DNA of 45,871 nucleotides from Chthonomonadales bacterium. GTDB taxonomy: Bacteria; Armatimonadota; Chthonomonadetes; Chthonomonadales; Chthonomonadaceae. Every line of letters starts with the position of its first letter. Within the stretch, counting starts at the first letter, position 1. The stretch covers positions 1 to 45,871 of the forward strand of contig JBBRKX010000001.1 of NCBI GenBank assembly GCA_038231675.1. Direction: 5' to 3'. The notes beneath the pieces are model-generated. The model ran no database searches and had not been told where the DNA came from. It worked only from the letters and a program-made list of their open reading frames with translations. The position numbers and the translations under genes were made by a program. Below are positions 1 to 9,369 of the stretch, one piece after another.

Positions 1-37
1 AGAGAGGGATGTGGCGGCCATAAAGGGCTCCTTTTCA

Positions 38-62
38 TCTGACAGCGTATAACACTGTCAGA
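38..62. repeat. Inverted repeat TCTGACAG-N9-CTGTCAGA upstream of the first operon (possible operator)
   Basis: Read directly: tctgacag cgtataaca ctgtcaga, about 80 nt upstream of the GTG(143)/ATG(155) of the first ORF. Confidence 0.3.
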
Positions 63-142
63 TAGAAAGCAAATATATTGCCCGCCTTTCGATTCCCGAC
101 TTAGATCACTTTGCCGATGTACACCCTACTCCCACGCTCCGC

Positions 143-355
143 GTGACACTTGACATGTTCGAGCTTCTATCTCGGCTGGCCGATGGATACACAGCTGCAA
201 GCCAGGAATTCGAACCGTTTCTAATTGATTTGGAAGAGTTCAAGGCGATGCTGCTTCGCAAGCCCGTAAAGGAAGCGCTCTTATTGGAAGGGCGATCACG
301 ATTGCATCGCGTCGCCTTGCGCGATGGGCGCGTGGAGATTGGTGCGGCATCATGA
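143..355 (+). CDS. Small hypothetical protein (about 66-70 aa), first gene of a 3-gene operon
   Basis: Its stop overlaps the ATG of the next ORF (ATGA at 352-355). Start is GTG 143 or ATG 155. No recognisable motif. Confidence 0.5.
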   Translation: MTLDMFELLSRLADGYTAASQEFEPFLIDLEEFKAMLLRKPVKEALLLEGRSRLHRVALRDGRVEIGAAS

Positions 356-1998
356 GCATAATCCTGCCCAAGCCTTCCAAGGGCATTAAGTTCGATTACG
401 TTTTCAGTATCGACATGAACGACTTCGATGTTGAAATGCTCCTGCCTGCGCTCTTCCATCTCATTCGGACAAAGGGTGCTCCGATAGGGAAGGCGAACGA
501 CCCGGAGCTTTTTAGCTCTTATCTGGACCGGCTGACGCAGCACGACCGCCTGCGTGGATTTTCCGATAAGAAGCATCTCCTAGAGCGCTGGCTCAGAACA
601 AGCGTCGTAAAAATGGGCTTCAAGGGCCGGGCTCATTCAAGCGAACAGATATCGTTTCTGTATCCAAGGACGATGCTGAGCTATAAGGCGGGCTGGCCGA
701 AGGATATCACTCGAATCAGAAGCGTCCACTATTTCGTCTATGCAGGATTACTCGCCAAAGTGACAGGCCCCGGCGACCTCGACACGCTGTTCAGGTCGGC
801 ATTCGGCAGCGGCCTTGTATTCGGCGACGGTCCGCAATTCGATGGACACTACGATGGCGAAACGGATATCGATCTCGAAGCCCTGCTGTCGATATGCTTC
901 ACTGACCAACTCACGCCCGCGGGGGTATCCGTCAAGACACTGGCAGTCAAGGCTGAGCCGCAACTGCCCGACCAGGCCAGCTATATGGCCGAGGATATTC
1001 TCAACCTGGTTGATTGCTACAGGGGCGAAATATCTACCGGCGTGCTGACGCGTTATCTCCTCACGATTCTGAATCTCCATCTGTTTGTCTACACACTGCG
1101 GCTCATGAACTGGTTGATCCGGCTGTCGGATTCGGACGTGGTTGCCAGTCAGCACGAGTGCTTTGTCGATTGCACCGGGATTCGGGGCTCGTACGGAAGC
1201 GAGATGGCGCGTGCCTGCGTCGACCGCGACCTTGAGGTGCTGGAGCGATATACGCGAACGGCATTGCGCTTGCGGACACTCAGTCGATTCGTGGAGTCCG
1301 CCCCTGATCTTCGGGCGGCAGCTCCTCCTAAGGAGAAACAACCCTCCGAGTACCTCAAACATTTGCTCGGTTTGGCGGACCACGTCAAAATCGCCGCGAG
1401 GGCCGAGAATGAGTTTGAATCCATCCTGCATGCCAACGGATTGGCAGATGAAGAATCGCTAGAGCAGGAATCGGATGTGGCGGCTCTTCTGCGTGCACTT
1501 CGAGACGAATACACAGGGTCCTCAATCGATCGCCTCGTTGAAGTACTGTACGCTTCGCAGCGTAAATCGGCCATAAGCAATGCGACCCGTTGGTACTACT
1601 CCGTAGCCGGTTTCAACCGCAGTTACGGACTGCTGACCGGCAACGCCACCGGCGGCCGCCGCGTCTCGCGCTACACAATGAGCAATGAACTTCTCACCGC
1701 GCTCGTTCACGTTGCGCTGGCTGACTTCGGACAGCCTGGCACCGGGAAAAAGGAGCCAGCAACTCGCTTGTCGCTCCGCACGTTCCTGCAATGGTTAAAG
1801 GATCGATTCGGTATTCTGATCAACGCGGCGCCATCATTTGACAGCTCGACCGAGGCGGTGCAATCCGCCTCCGTCAATTTCGAGGCGTTCAAGGCGAGAC
1901 TAAAGCAGATCGGCGTCTTTCAGGATCTGTCAGACGACTTCCAGGCGCAATACATTCGACGGACGCCAAGTTCGTCAGCTGCGGAAGTGGGCGCGTAA
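352..1998 (+). CDS. Hypothetical protein, 548 aa, no family recognised
   Basis: Long ORF, and the opposite-strand ORFs look like R/S/A-rich shadows. Its stop at 1996-1998 is directly followed by the ATG at 1999. The only P-loop-like string is a degenerate GQPGTGKK near the C-terminus. Confidence 0.8.
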   Translation: MSIILPKPSKGIKFDYVFSIDMNDFDVEMLLPALFHLIRTKGAPIGKANDPELFSSYLDRLTQHDRLRGFSDKKHLLERWLRTSVVKMGFKGRAHSSEQISFLYPRTMLSYKAGWPKDITRIRSVHYFVYAGLLAKVTGPGDLDTLFRSAFGSGLVFGDGPQFDGHYDGETDIDLEALLSICFTDQLTPAGVSVKTLAVKAEPQLPDQASYMAEDILNLVDCYRGEISTGVLTRYLLTILNLHLFVYTLRLMNWLIRLSDSDVVASQHECFVDCTGIRGSYGSEMARACVDRDLEVLERYTRTALRLRTLSRFVESAPDLRAAAPPKEKQPSEYLKHLLGLADHVKIAARAENEFESILHANGLADEESLEQESDVAALLRALRDEYTGSSIDRLVEVLYASQRKSAISNATRWYYSVAGFNRSYGLLTGNATGGRRVSRYTMSNELLTALVHVALADFGQPGTGKKEPATRLSLRTFLQWLKDRFGILINAAPSFDSSTEAVQSASVNFEAFKARLKQIGVFQDLSDDFQAQYIRRTPSSSAAEVGA

Positions 1999-4900
1999 AT
2001 GCCCACTGTTTTCCAAACGTTATTGCCGCCACTGGCTGAGGCCGTGGCGGCGGAGTTCGGTGGACGGGAGGACGGCCATTGTGTACGGGTCGATAATCTG
2101 AGCTACGAAGATTCTGTGGCGCTCTGCCAGTTGCTCCGCGAGTCGGGGCGAGAATCCTTTGTGAGTTTCGTATTGAATCCGGCTCCCGCACAGCCTTTCG
2201 AGCTGCGACCCGATCACGCGGTCGAGAAGCGCAATCCACCCAACCCGAGCTTCTGCCTGATTGTTCCGCGGGATTTCAGCGCAGAGGTTCCCAAGTCACT
2301 TGAAAACGCGTTTTCCGTGTTTGATTTGAGGAGCTTCCTGGCGAGTACAGAGGACCAATTGGTCGGATCGCTACCGGAGGAAATTCGGACAGTGATTCGC
2401 AGGCTCAAAGCCAGGCTCAAGGGGAGGGCGGCGGTTTCAGCTGAAGACCGAATTGCGTACTACCTCGATCTGAGGAAGAACCCGGTGCTGTCTGATGCCG
2501 GGCGTTCTCTGTGGCGCCTTGGATTGATCCCGGATTTCCGGGAGGACTTTCTGTCTCGGATTGAGCAGAATCGACGATCTGTCGATGCCATTTCCCGGCC
2601 CTCACGGCCGCAGAATTCCGCTGCCGAGCGGATCGCCGAGCTGGGTTTGCCGAGCGGCGATTTTAACCGGCGCCTCATCCGATTCTTGAGCTCGCGCGTC
2701 TTGCACGACACGGAGGCGTGGCAGCGTCCAATCGCCGAAGATCACGCGTTCGAAAACCTTTCCTTCGACCATTGGCCATTTCCAGAGCACCAGTTTTTTG
2801 ACCTGCAATCCATACAAGTGGAGCCGTTTGCCGACAGTCATGGCGCGGTGGCCTCATATTGCCACCTCGACCATTCGGCTGGCGTAGGCACGGCCTTAGT
2901 GGCCAATGTCGGTCCCAAGAAGAAGGTGGCACTTAGGTGGGTAAGTGATCCTATCAACCCCAGAGGCGTCACGCACTGGTGTGTAGAATTGATTCCTGCT
3001 CGGAGCCAGTATGGTGACACAGGCTCGACGCTACTCGTAGAAAAAGTCAAAGCAACTCTGAAGCAGACCAAGACGGCGCGGATCAAGCTCGACCTCGACT
3101 TGGAGGAAACAGAATACCGAGCTGTAGAACTTCGCGTGAGCGCACTTGGCAGTGACGGGCAGGCTGTGTGCGATGTTGCCGGCGAGGTCATCTCGGGGCA
3201 TTCCGACGAATTCTGGCTGAGCAAGGAAGAAGACGAGGAGGGCGTGGATCGGCTGCGCAAGCTGACTGACATTTCGCTGCCGCTCGCCAGGCTGCGGGCC
3301 TCTTACACTCTCCCGCACAATGAACCGGAGCTTCCGGAAAGCAACCCGCTCTGGCAAGAAGAAGATACTTCCTTCTCCATACAGTTACGACGGAAGATCC
3401 TCATGCGTTTGGCTACCAGCCAAGTGCTGTGCAAGATCCAAGATTATATTCTGGAGAACCCAAAATCAGGGTGGCTGTGGGCGGACATTGATTCGGAAAA
3501 ACGCCTCTCTCTCCCCGACATTCAGTGGGATGCCTTACCGGATTCCATGGTCGAACAGAAGCCCTGGGCGGATTTCCTCAAACAACGCGATCAGCTGTGC
3601 CGGGAGTTGCGTAGCCGCGAGGCTCGTCGCCGCGTCGAGAGCCTTGATTGGGATAACGTACTGACCGATCGGGTCCGCAAGTATGCTCGGTCCTACCGGG
3701 ATCTCCTTGAGAGCGCCATTTCCAGCTCTGATTCGGAAGCGTTGCGGTGGGTCCTTACGCTCGATGCGTTGCAAATCCGAATCCTTTACCCCGGAGGCGG
3801 CGACAGCACGGCCGCACTCATTTTGCCGCTGCATCCGTTGCGTCTGTTGTGGTACGGAGCTTACGCGGAACTGCTTGAACATTGGCGAACTGCCCTGGTA
3901 GGACTACCCAAATCTGAACGTCGCGATGCACTTGATTTCTCGATCGCTGAGCGACTCGTCCCGGCCCACATGCCGCTTTTCGTTCCCGGTCAAGGGGATC
4001 AAGTCCACGTATTCGCGCAAAATCTCGGCATTTTTCTCGGTGTCGCGTTTCCGGCGGATGTTCCAGAGCCGGGACGGTTACTGATGGAGATATCTGATCT
4101 TCTCGGCCTGCCGTCGGAGCTGGTCAGTTTCAGCGATTTCCCTCAGGAGAAATTGACTCGGAATCTCCTGGAATATCAGCACCTCCATGACTACGCCTCC
4201 AGTTTTCGGATCAGCGTGAGCAATGCCGGTGACGGGCTCCCTGTAACTGACGGGCTTCGAGAGATGTACGCCCGTCTGACTGATGAGTGGGAGAGCAGGG
4301 GAGGGATGCCCCGCCTGGATCTCATCGCCCATTATCGAAAACCATTGCCGCTGAACATGCCAGAGGCTGACAAATTAAGGACTTGGTTGGAGGCACAGAC
4401 CGCTGCCACCAGCGCTTCCCATTTGGCACCCACAATGCAGCTGGCCATTCGCAGCGAGGATCTGCTCAGCACGCCTCCTGGCGGGGACGTGAATCTCGCT
4501 GTCCTATTTGACGAAAGCCGTGCGACCGTCGCCCTCAAGCCGACAATTGAAGGCCAAGATAGTGCTTCTGGTTATGGGCTCATCACCCATCTCGTATCGC
4601 GATTCGATAGCCAGGCCGACGCTGCTTCCTGGATTCATCAGGCTGCTTTTCCTAGTGGTGCTGCTCATGAGAAGCATCCCGTCACATCTGGCTATACGGC
4701 AGACCTCGTCGATACGCAGCGCGCGATGCTTCAAGCTGAACAGCAGCGCATGAATTTGGCGCGAAGCGAGCCCGAAGTGCTCTCCTTGGTCGTTCAACTG
4801 GACGCAGAGCACCGGGACCGGCTGGACCGGGTCCATAAGTCGGCCGACTGGGTGTTGCTGCTTGATCGATACATCGGGGTCGATCTCTTCGACGATCCGC

Positions 4901-5817
4901 GAGATCCGTTTCTGTCGGAGTCCGCGAGAAAGTATCTATTGGACTACGCTCCTGAGTTCGTAGAGGGGCTAGGGCATAAGCTAATCGTAACGACCGCGTG
5001 GCGCGAGGAAATAGAAGAAGTACTTCGCACTGCCATGGCCGATCTTGGCTTTGAAGCCGTGGAAGAGAGCGTTGGCCAAGCCTTGCAGCACCTGAAGAGC
5101 ATCTCGGGCCGGTTGGCTCTGCGGCTCATTCACGACAATACTCGTGCAAAAGAGGTTGCGGGACTTGGAGCAGCCGTTGCATGGATGAAGGCTGCCGGTG
5201 ATCTGGCCGACAGCATTCTGATTCCGGTTGATTCGCACCCGGAGATATTTGCCTCGGAGCCGAGCGTGCCGGGATCAAAGGATACGCCAGATATCGCCGG
5301 CAGCATGGCGCGCTGCGATTTGGTGCAGGTCAGAGTTTATCCACGACGAATAGATGTCACCTTTATCGAAGTGAAACTCCGTCGAGGCACAGGTCCCAGC
5401 ATGGATTTGGCTGACCGGATGTGCGATCAGATGGATGCAACTGACAACCGGTTTCGGCGCCTGTTCTTTTCCGACCAGAAGCGGCTGGATCACGTCTTCC
5501 AGCGGTCAAAGCTGCACGCGTTGTTGCGGTTCTATGCCGGCCGCGCCGCTCGGTACGGTTTCTTTTCCGGTGACGGCAACCAAGTCGCTGAAAAGTACAT
5601 GGAAACCTTGCGTCTTTTGTCGCGGCTGGAAGGCGGTATTCCGACGATGCGCTCGGCGAGCCGAGGCTACATTGTCGATCTCGCCGGCAGCAGCCGGGAG
5701 CCGTTCACACATCGTGGTGCTGAGTTCCGGATTCTGACTGCCAGCGATTTTGAGCAGTCAACGTCGTTACGGACGGCGATTTCGGAGACTGCACGCCGAC
5801 AAGCGTCAACACCCTAG
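1999..5817 (+). CDS. Large hypothetical protein (1272 aa) with a C-terminal PD-(D/E)xK-like nuclease motif
   Basis: The C-terminal segment ARCDLVQVRVYPRRIDVTFIEVKLRRG fits D-x15-E-x-K. I found no Walker A or helicase motifs. Abuts the previous gene with zero spacing. Confidence 0.8.
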   Translation: MPTVFQTLLPPLAEAVAAEFGGREDGHCVRVDNLSYEDSVALCQLLRESGRESFVSFVLNPAPAQPFELRPDHAVEKRNPPNPSFCLIVPRDFSAEVPKSLENAFSVFDLRSFLASTEDQLVGSLPEEIRTVIRRLKARLKGRAAVSAEDRIAYYLDLRKNPVLSDAGRSLWRLGLIPDFREDFLSRIEQNRRSVDAISRPSRPQNSAAERIAELGLPSGDFNRRLIRFLSSRVLHDTEAWQRPIAEDHAFENLSFDHWPFPEHQFFDLQSIQVEPFADSHGAVASYCHLDHSAGVGTALVANVGPKKKVALRWVSDPINPRGVTHWCVELIPARSQYGDTGSTLLVEKVKATLKQTKTARIKLDLDLEETEYRAVELRVSALGSDGQAVCDVAGEVISGHSDEFWLSKEEDEEGVDRLRKLTDISLPLARLRASYTLPHNEPELPESNPLWQEEDTSFSIQLRRKILMRLATSQVLCKIQDYILENPKSGWLWADIDSEKRLSLPDIQWDALPDSMVEQKPWADFLKQRDQLCRELRSREARRRVESLDWDNVLTDRVRKYARSYRDLLESAISSSDSEALRWVLTLDALQIRILYPGGGDSTAALILPLHPLRLLWYGAYAELLEHWRTALVGLPKSERRDALDFSIAERLVPAHMPLFVPGQGDQVHVFAQNLGIFLGVAFPADVPEPGRLLMEISDLLGLPSELVSFSDFPQEKLTRNLLEYQHLHDYASSFRISVSNAGDGLPVTDGLREMYARLTDEWESRGGMPRLDLIAHYRKPLPLNMPEADKLRTWLEAQTAATSASHLAPTMQLAIRSEDLLSTPPGGDVNLAVLFDESRATVALKPTIEGQDSASGYGLITHLVSRFDSQADAASWIHQAAFPSGAAHEKHPVTSGYTADLVDTQRAMLQAEQQRMNLARSEPEVLSLVVQLDAEHRDRLDRVHKSADWVLLLDRYIGVDLFDDPRDPFLSESARKYLLDYAPEFVEGLGHKLIVTTAWREEIEEVLRTAMADLGFEAVEESVGQALQHLKSISGRLALRLIHDNTRAKEVAGLGAAVAWMKAAGDLADSILIPVDSHPEIFASEPSVPGSKDTPDIAGSMARCDLVQVRVYPRRIDVTFIEVKLRRGTGPSMDLADRMCDQMDATDNRFRRLFFSDQKRLDHVFQRSKLHALLRFYAGRAARYGFFSGDGNQVAEKYMETLRLLSRLEGGIPTMRSASRGYIVDLAGSSREPFTHRGAEFRILTASDFEQSTSLRTAISETARRQASTP

Positions 5818-5989
5818 CTTTTAGCCCACATAGCGCTCCAAGATTCCTAAAAGGCTGCAACCAAGAAATCTGCTATGCGTGTCAATAACTTGGCTGGAAA
5901 GGTCATTTCGATTGCTACGATTGATTGCGTTTGCTTCGATTGTGTGCTAAGGTGATCTTAGGAAAGCATAGAACAGAGAGGTAACAACA

Positions 5990-6442
5990 ATGGCTCAGGC
6001 AGCGATGGCACCAACCCTTCCTTCGGAGGCCGATGCGGTTTTGGCGAAAGAGACGAGCCGCGTGCTGGCATCTCACATTCGCAACAGCGATCCGATGGAA
6101 TTGAGAATTTCCGACGATCCTTCGCCGGACGGAATGGTCAAACTGCCTTTATCGGCGGCGCGGATGCTGGTCCGTATACTTGAGGAAATGGCGCGCGGCA
6201 ACGCGGTGACCCTGATTCCAGTTCACGCCGAGTTGACCACCCAGGAAGCGGCGGAGATGCTGAATATTTCGCGCCCATCCCTGATTCAGCTTCTGGATGA
6301 GGGGAAGATCGACTACCGCCGGGTCGGAACGCATCGGCGTGTCCGGTTTGAGGGTTTAATGAAGTACAAACGGGCCGCAGAGGCCGCCCGCCGGGCGGCG
6401 CTTGAGGAATTGGCCGCCTATGACCAGGAACTTGGAATTTAG
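5990..6442 (+). CDS. Excisionase/MerR-type HTH antitoxin-like protein
   Basis: LTTQEAAEMLNISRPSLIQLLDEGKIDYRRVGTHRRV is a helix-turn-helix_17-type segment. Sits 5 nt upstream of a PIN gene. Confidence 0.75.
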   Translation: MAQAAMAPTLPSEADAVLAKETSRVLASHIRNSDPMELRISDDPSPDGMVKLPLSAARMLVRILEEMARGNAVTLIPVHAELTTQEAAEMLNISRPSLIQLLDEGKIDYRRVGTHRRVRFEGLMKYKRAAEAARRAALEELAAYDQELGI

Positions 6443-6447
6443 ACATT

Positions 6448-7011
6448 GTGGCCCGGTTTACAGCATTCTACGACGCGAATGTGCTGTATCCGGCCGATCT
6501 GCGCAATCTGCTGATGCATCTGGCGCTGACGGGGCTGTTCCGCGCCACGTGGTCGGCAGGGGTCCACGAAGAATGGATGTCCGCATTGCTGCGCAACCGC
6601 CCCGACCTGTCGCGCGAAAAGCTGGAGCGGACGCGCATGCTCATGGACCAGCACGCAACCGACGCGCTGGTCACCGGCTATGAGGACTTGATTCCCGGCC
6701 TGCAGCTCCCTGATCCGAATGACCGGCACGTATTAGCGGCAGCGATCCGGGGGCGAGCCGATGTGATCGTCACAGCGAACCTGCGCGACTTTCCTGCGGA
6801 GACTCTCGCGGAGTTCGGGATTGATGCGCAGCACCCGGACGAATTCGTGCTGCACCTGCTGGATCTCGCCCCCGGCATCGTAGCGGAGGCTGCGCGGCAT
6901 CATCGCGAGAGCCTGAAGAATCCGCCGAAAACAGTTGACGAATATCTGAATACGCTTGAGGCGCTGGGACTGACGCAAACCGTGTCGGCGCTCCGTGAAT
7001 ACATGTTCTGA
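6448..7011 (+). CDS. PIN-domain toxin (VapC-like)
   Basis: Acidic PIN residues in FYDANVLY, DPNDRHVLAAAI and IVTANLRDF. GTG start. Paired with the upstream HTH gene. Confidence 0.75.
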   Translation: MARFTAFYDANVLYPADLRNLLMHLALTGLFRATWSAGVHEEWMSALLRNRPDLSREKLERTRMLMDQHATDALVTGYEDLIPGLQLPDPNDRHVLAAAIRGRADVIVTANLRDFPAETLAEFGIDAQHPDEFVLHLLDLAPGIVAEAARHHRESLKNPPKTVDEYLNTLEALGLTQTVSALREYMF

Positions 7012-7125
7012 TGATCTCCGCCAGGTTCATCCGGGATGCGCACGATGCTGGAGCAACTAGCAGTCAGCCCGAGAAGTGCGAAGATGGGCGCAGCGTTGCC
7101 TCGTGTAATACAACAAGGACTTTGA

Positions 7126-7953
7126 TTGAGTTATCAGGACGATCTGAAGAAACATCTCGCCGAGTTTAAGCGGCGAAACCTCGGCATTCGTACGCCCGGT
7201 GTGTTTCGGTACCGGGGCCGCGATGTGCAGCACCAACATATCCTCCCTCTCGCGAATAGCTCCGCGAACCTCCTGGAAGAGGCCGAACCGGCAGCGAGTG
7301 CCTTCCTGGCGGCGCACCCTCACAAGCGTCATCGGTACTTCCATCATTTGAATTCCTCGCAAGCATTTGCGTTCAATCTGTTCTTCCCTTACTTCTCAGG
7401 CGGACAGGAGTCGGCCTCCGCGCTCCTCCGGGCTCTTGGGCAGGGCGGAATCCTCGCCGAATGGGAGCCGGAGGCCGTACCAGTACCGGAAGAAGAGACC
7501 AACATTGACGTGTTGTGGGCCACCACAGATGGCATACGGACCTTCTGCGAGGTCAAACTTTCCGAAGCGGACTTTGGCAAGGCTCTCGATGACGACCGGC
7601 ATCGCGCCAAGCTTGTTGATATCTACAGCGAAATCCTTGCCGGGCATCTGGAGGCTGCGCGGCTTGAACGGCTGGCCTTTTTCGACGCTTACCAATTCAA
7701 TCGCAATGTCTGGCACATGGTTCGCACAGACCGTAGCCGATTGATCTTCCTGTTGCCCCGGTCGAATGCTGGTCTATGGAGCCTACTACAGCACTTGTTG
7801 TCCGGGGTGGCACCTGGCACGCGGGAACGCATTTCAGCTGTAGCCATCGAAGATGTCATCGCGAACCTTTCGGCCGACAACCAATGCCCCGAGAGATTGC
7901 GGGAATACGCACGAAAGCTGAAGCAGAAATATCTGATACAAAGCGCAACCTGA
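7126..7953 (+). CDS. PD-(D/E)xK-like nuclease-fold protein (275 aa)
   Basis: IDVLWATTDGIRTFCEVKLSEADFG gives D...E-V-K. The HHLNSSQAFAFNLFFPYF segment is typical of stand-alone restriction-endonuclease-like families. TTG start with AAGGA 7 nt upstream. Confidence 0.6.
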   Translation: MSYQDDLKKHLAEFKRRNLGIRTPGVFRYRGRDVQHQHILPLANSSANLLEEAEPAASAFLAAHPHKRHRYFHHLNSSQAFAFNLFFPYFSGGQESASALLRALGQGGILAEWEPEAVPVPEEETNIDVLWATTDGIRTFCEVKLSEADFGKALDDDRHRAKLVDIYSEILAGHLEAARLERLAFFDAYQFNRNVWHMVRTDRSRLIFLLPRSNAGLWSLLQHLLSGVAPGTRERISAVAIEDVIANLSADNQCPERLREYARKLKQKYLIQSAT

Positions 7954-8172
7954 CAAGGCGTGGAACCGCCGAGGGTCTCGACAACGAGGCGAGGGGTGGG
8001 AGGCGCCTTGAGGCTTGTCAAATTGTTGCCGGGCGATCCGGTTCCCGCCGCTTCGCCAACGGCGTATCCTCTTTGAACATCATCGTTGCACGACCGGGGA
8101 GGGGAGGGATGCTGTTCCAAACCGACGAGAGGGGTGGCGCGCTTCGTGCTATTCTGACGGTCTCCATAGCCC

Positions 8173-9369
8173 ATGAACGACGAAATCGCCGCGCAACTCG
8201 GAAGCTCTGCCGCGCCGCTGAAGCGCATCCGCGACAAGCGCAATGCTGAAGAGGTCCGCAAGATAGTCGCCGGAGATGAACCTCCGCACCTTCGATTGCG
8301 CGCTGCCTTAGCGAGCGGCGTGAAACCGCCGGATGATCTCCTTGAACCGGCAATCATCAGCCACGCGTTGCGTCTGGACGACTGCTTCAAGTTTATCCCG
8401 CAGCTTTCCACTGTGACGCGCGTCGTTGAAGCCGGTTCAGCGCTAGAGGCGATCCGCAACCTGCTTCGACAACGTGGGATCGGGAACCCGAACGTCCAGC
8501 TCGCACGATTCCTCAAGCTCTCAAAGCAATGGGAAGGGAGCAAGAACCCGACATCTCCGAGCGAAAAGACAGTAACCCAGTATCTGAGCCTGGTCGAAAT
8601 CATTGTGGACCAGCCAATCGGGACAACGAAGCGGCCATCAAAGAAGCCGCAAGCAAGCCCGTTGCCCCATGTACTGGCCGTCGTTTGTCGATGGGCCATA
8701 AAATGTCCGAGCGTGGACAATCTCGCTCTCGCTCTTCGATGTTTGACAGCCGCCGAACGACGCCAAGGGATCGCGGGCGCCGAACGCCACGGCGATGTTC
8801 CCGGACTCGCGGCGGTAGTCTCTTCGCTGCGATCGCTCGCACTCACGCGTGTTGAATCAGCCGCGCGACGATCAGAGATTGACGATTTTCGACGCCTGCT
8901 ACAGGCCTTAACAGGCTCCGTTGCCCAAAAAACGGAAATGGATCAGATAATCGAGCGTCTCTACCATTACCAGCCACGCTTCGACGATGCGATTTTGAAG
9001 GTCTTGTCGGAATTCGCGGATGTTGAGACTTCACCTTCGATCACCATTCGATACGCTGCCGGCGGTGAGCCGAAGGCAGGAATTATGCAACTCGCTAGCG
9101 TGTTGCTCAAAGCCTGGGCGGCCCGTAACGACGGACAAAGTTCCAAAGAAACATATGAGCAACTGGCGTGGGTACTCGAACAGTTCTTTTCCTTGCGCCT
9201 GCGGGATTGGGTAGGTGAGAGACAAGAGTACGATCCACGATTTCATGAGTTCGAGTCGGGCGAGGCCCCGACCTCAAAAGTCGAAGTCACTCGTCCAGCG
9301 GTAGAGGGGCTCGATCCCGCCGAAACGGGAATGGTCATCAAGGCACTTGTAAAGGGGGTTGCAACCTGA
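8173..9369 (+). CDS. Hypothetical protein (398 aa) with a GrpE-like C-terminal segment
   Basis: The C-terminus VGERQEYDPRFHEFESGE...VEVTRPAVEG...GMVIKALVKGV resembles the GrpE beta-domain pattern G..FDP..H.A ... RPA.V.V. Its TGA is immediately followed by the ATG of the Hsp70-like gene. Confidence 0.6.
   Translation: MNDEIAAQLGSSAAPLKRIRDKRNAEEVRKIVAGDEPPHLRLRAALASGVKPPDDLLEPAIISHALRLDDCFKFIPQLSTVTRVVEAGSALEAIRNLLRQRGIGNPNVQLARFLKLSKQWEGSKNPTSPSEKTVTQYLSLVEIIVDQPIGTTKRPSKKPQASPLPHVLAVVCRWAIKCPSVDNLALALRCLTAAERRQGIAGAERHGDVPGLAAVVSSLRSLALTRVESAARRSEIDDFRRLLQALTGSVAQKTEMDQIIERLYHYQPRFDDAILKVLSEFADVETSPSITIRYAAGGEPKAGIMQLASVLLKAWAARNDGQSSKETYEQLAWVLEQFFSLRLRDWVGERQEYDPRFHEFESGEAPTSKVEVTRPAVEGLDPAETGMVIKALVKGVAT

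Noticed and set aside
78-106. Possible promoter TTGCCC-N17-TTAGAT upstream of the first operon
   Set aside because: The -10 hexamer matches the consensus at only 3 of 6 positions. That is too weak to report as a feature.
7689-8846. 385-aa minus-strand ORF
   Set aside because: It is antisense to 7126..7953 and 8173..9369. Its composition is R/S/A/P-rich with no motifs, typical of a shadow ORF in high-GC DNA. The plus-strand ORF is translationally abutted to the Hsp70-like gene.
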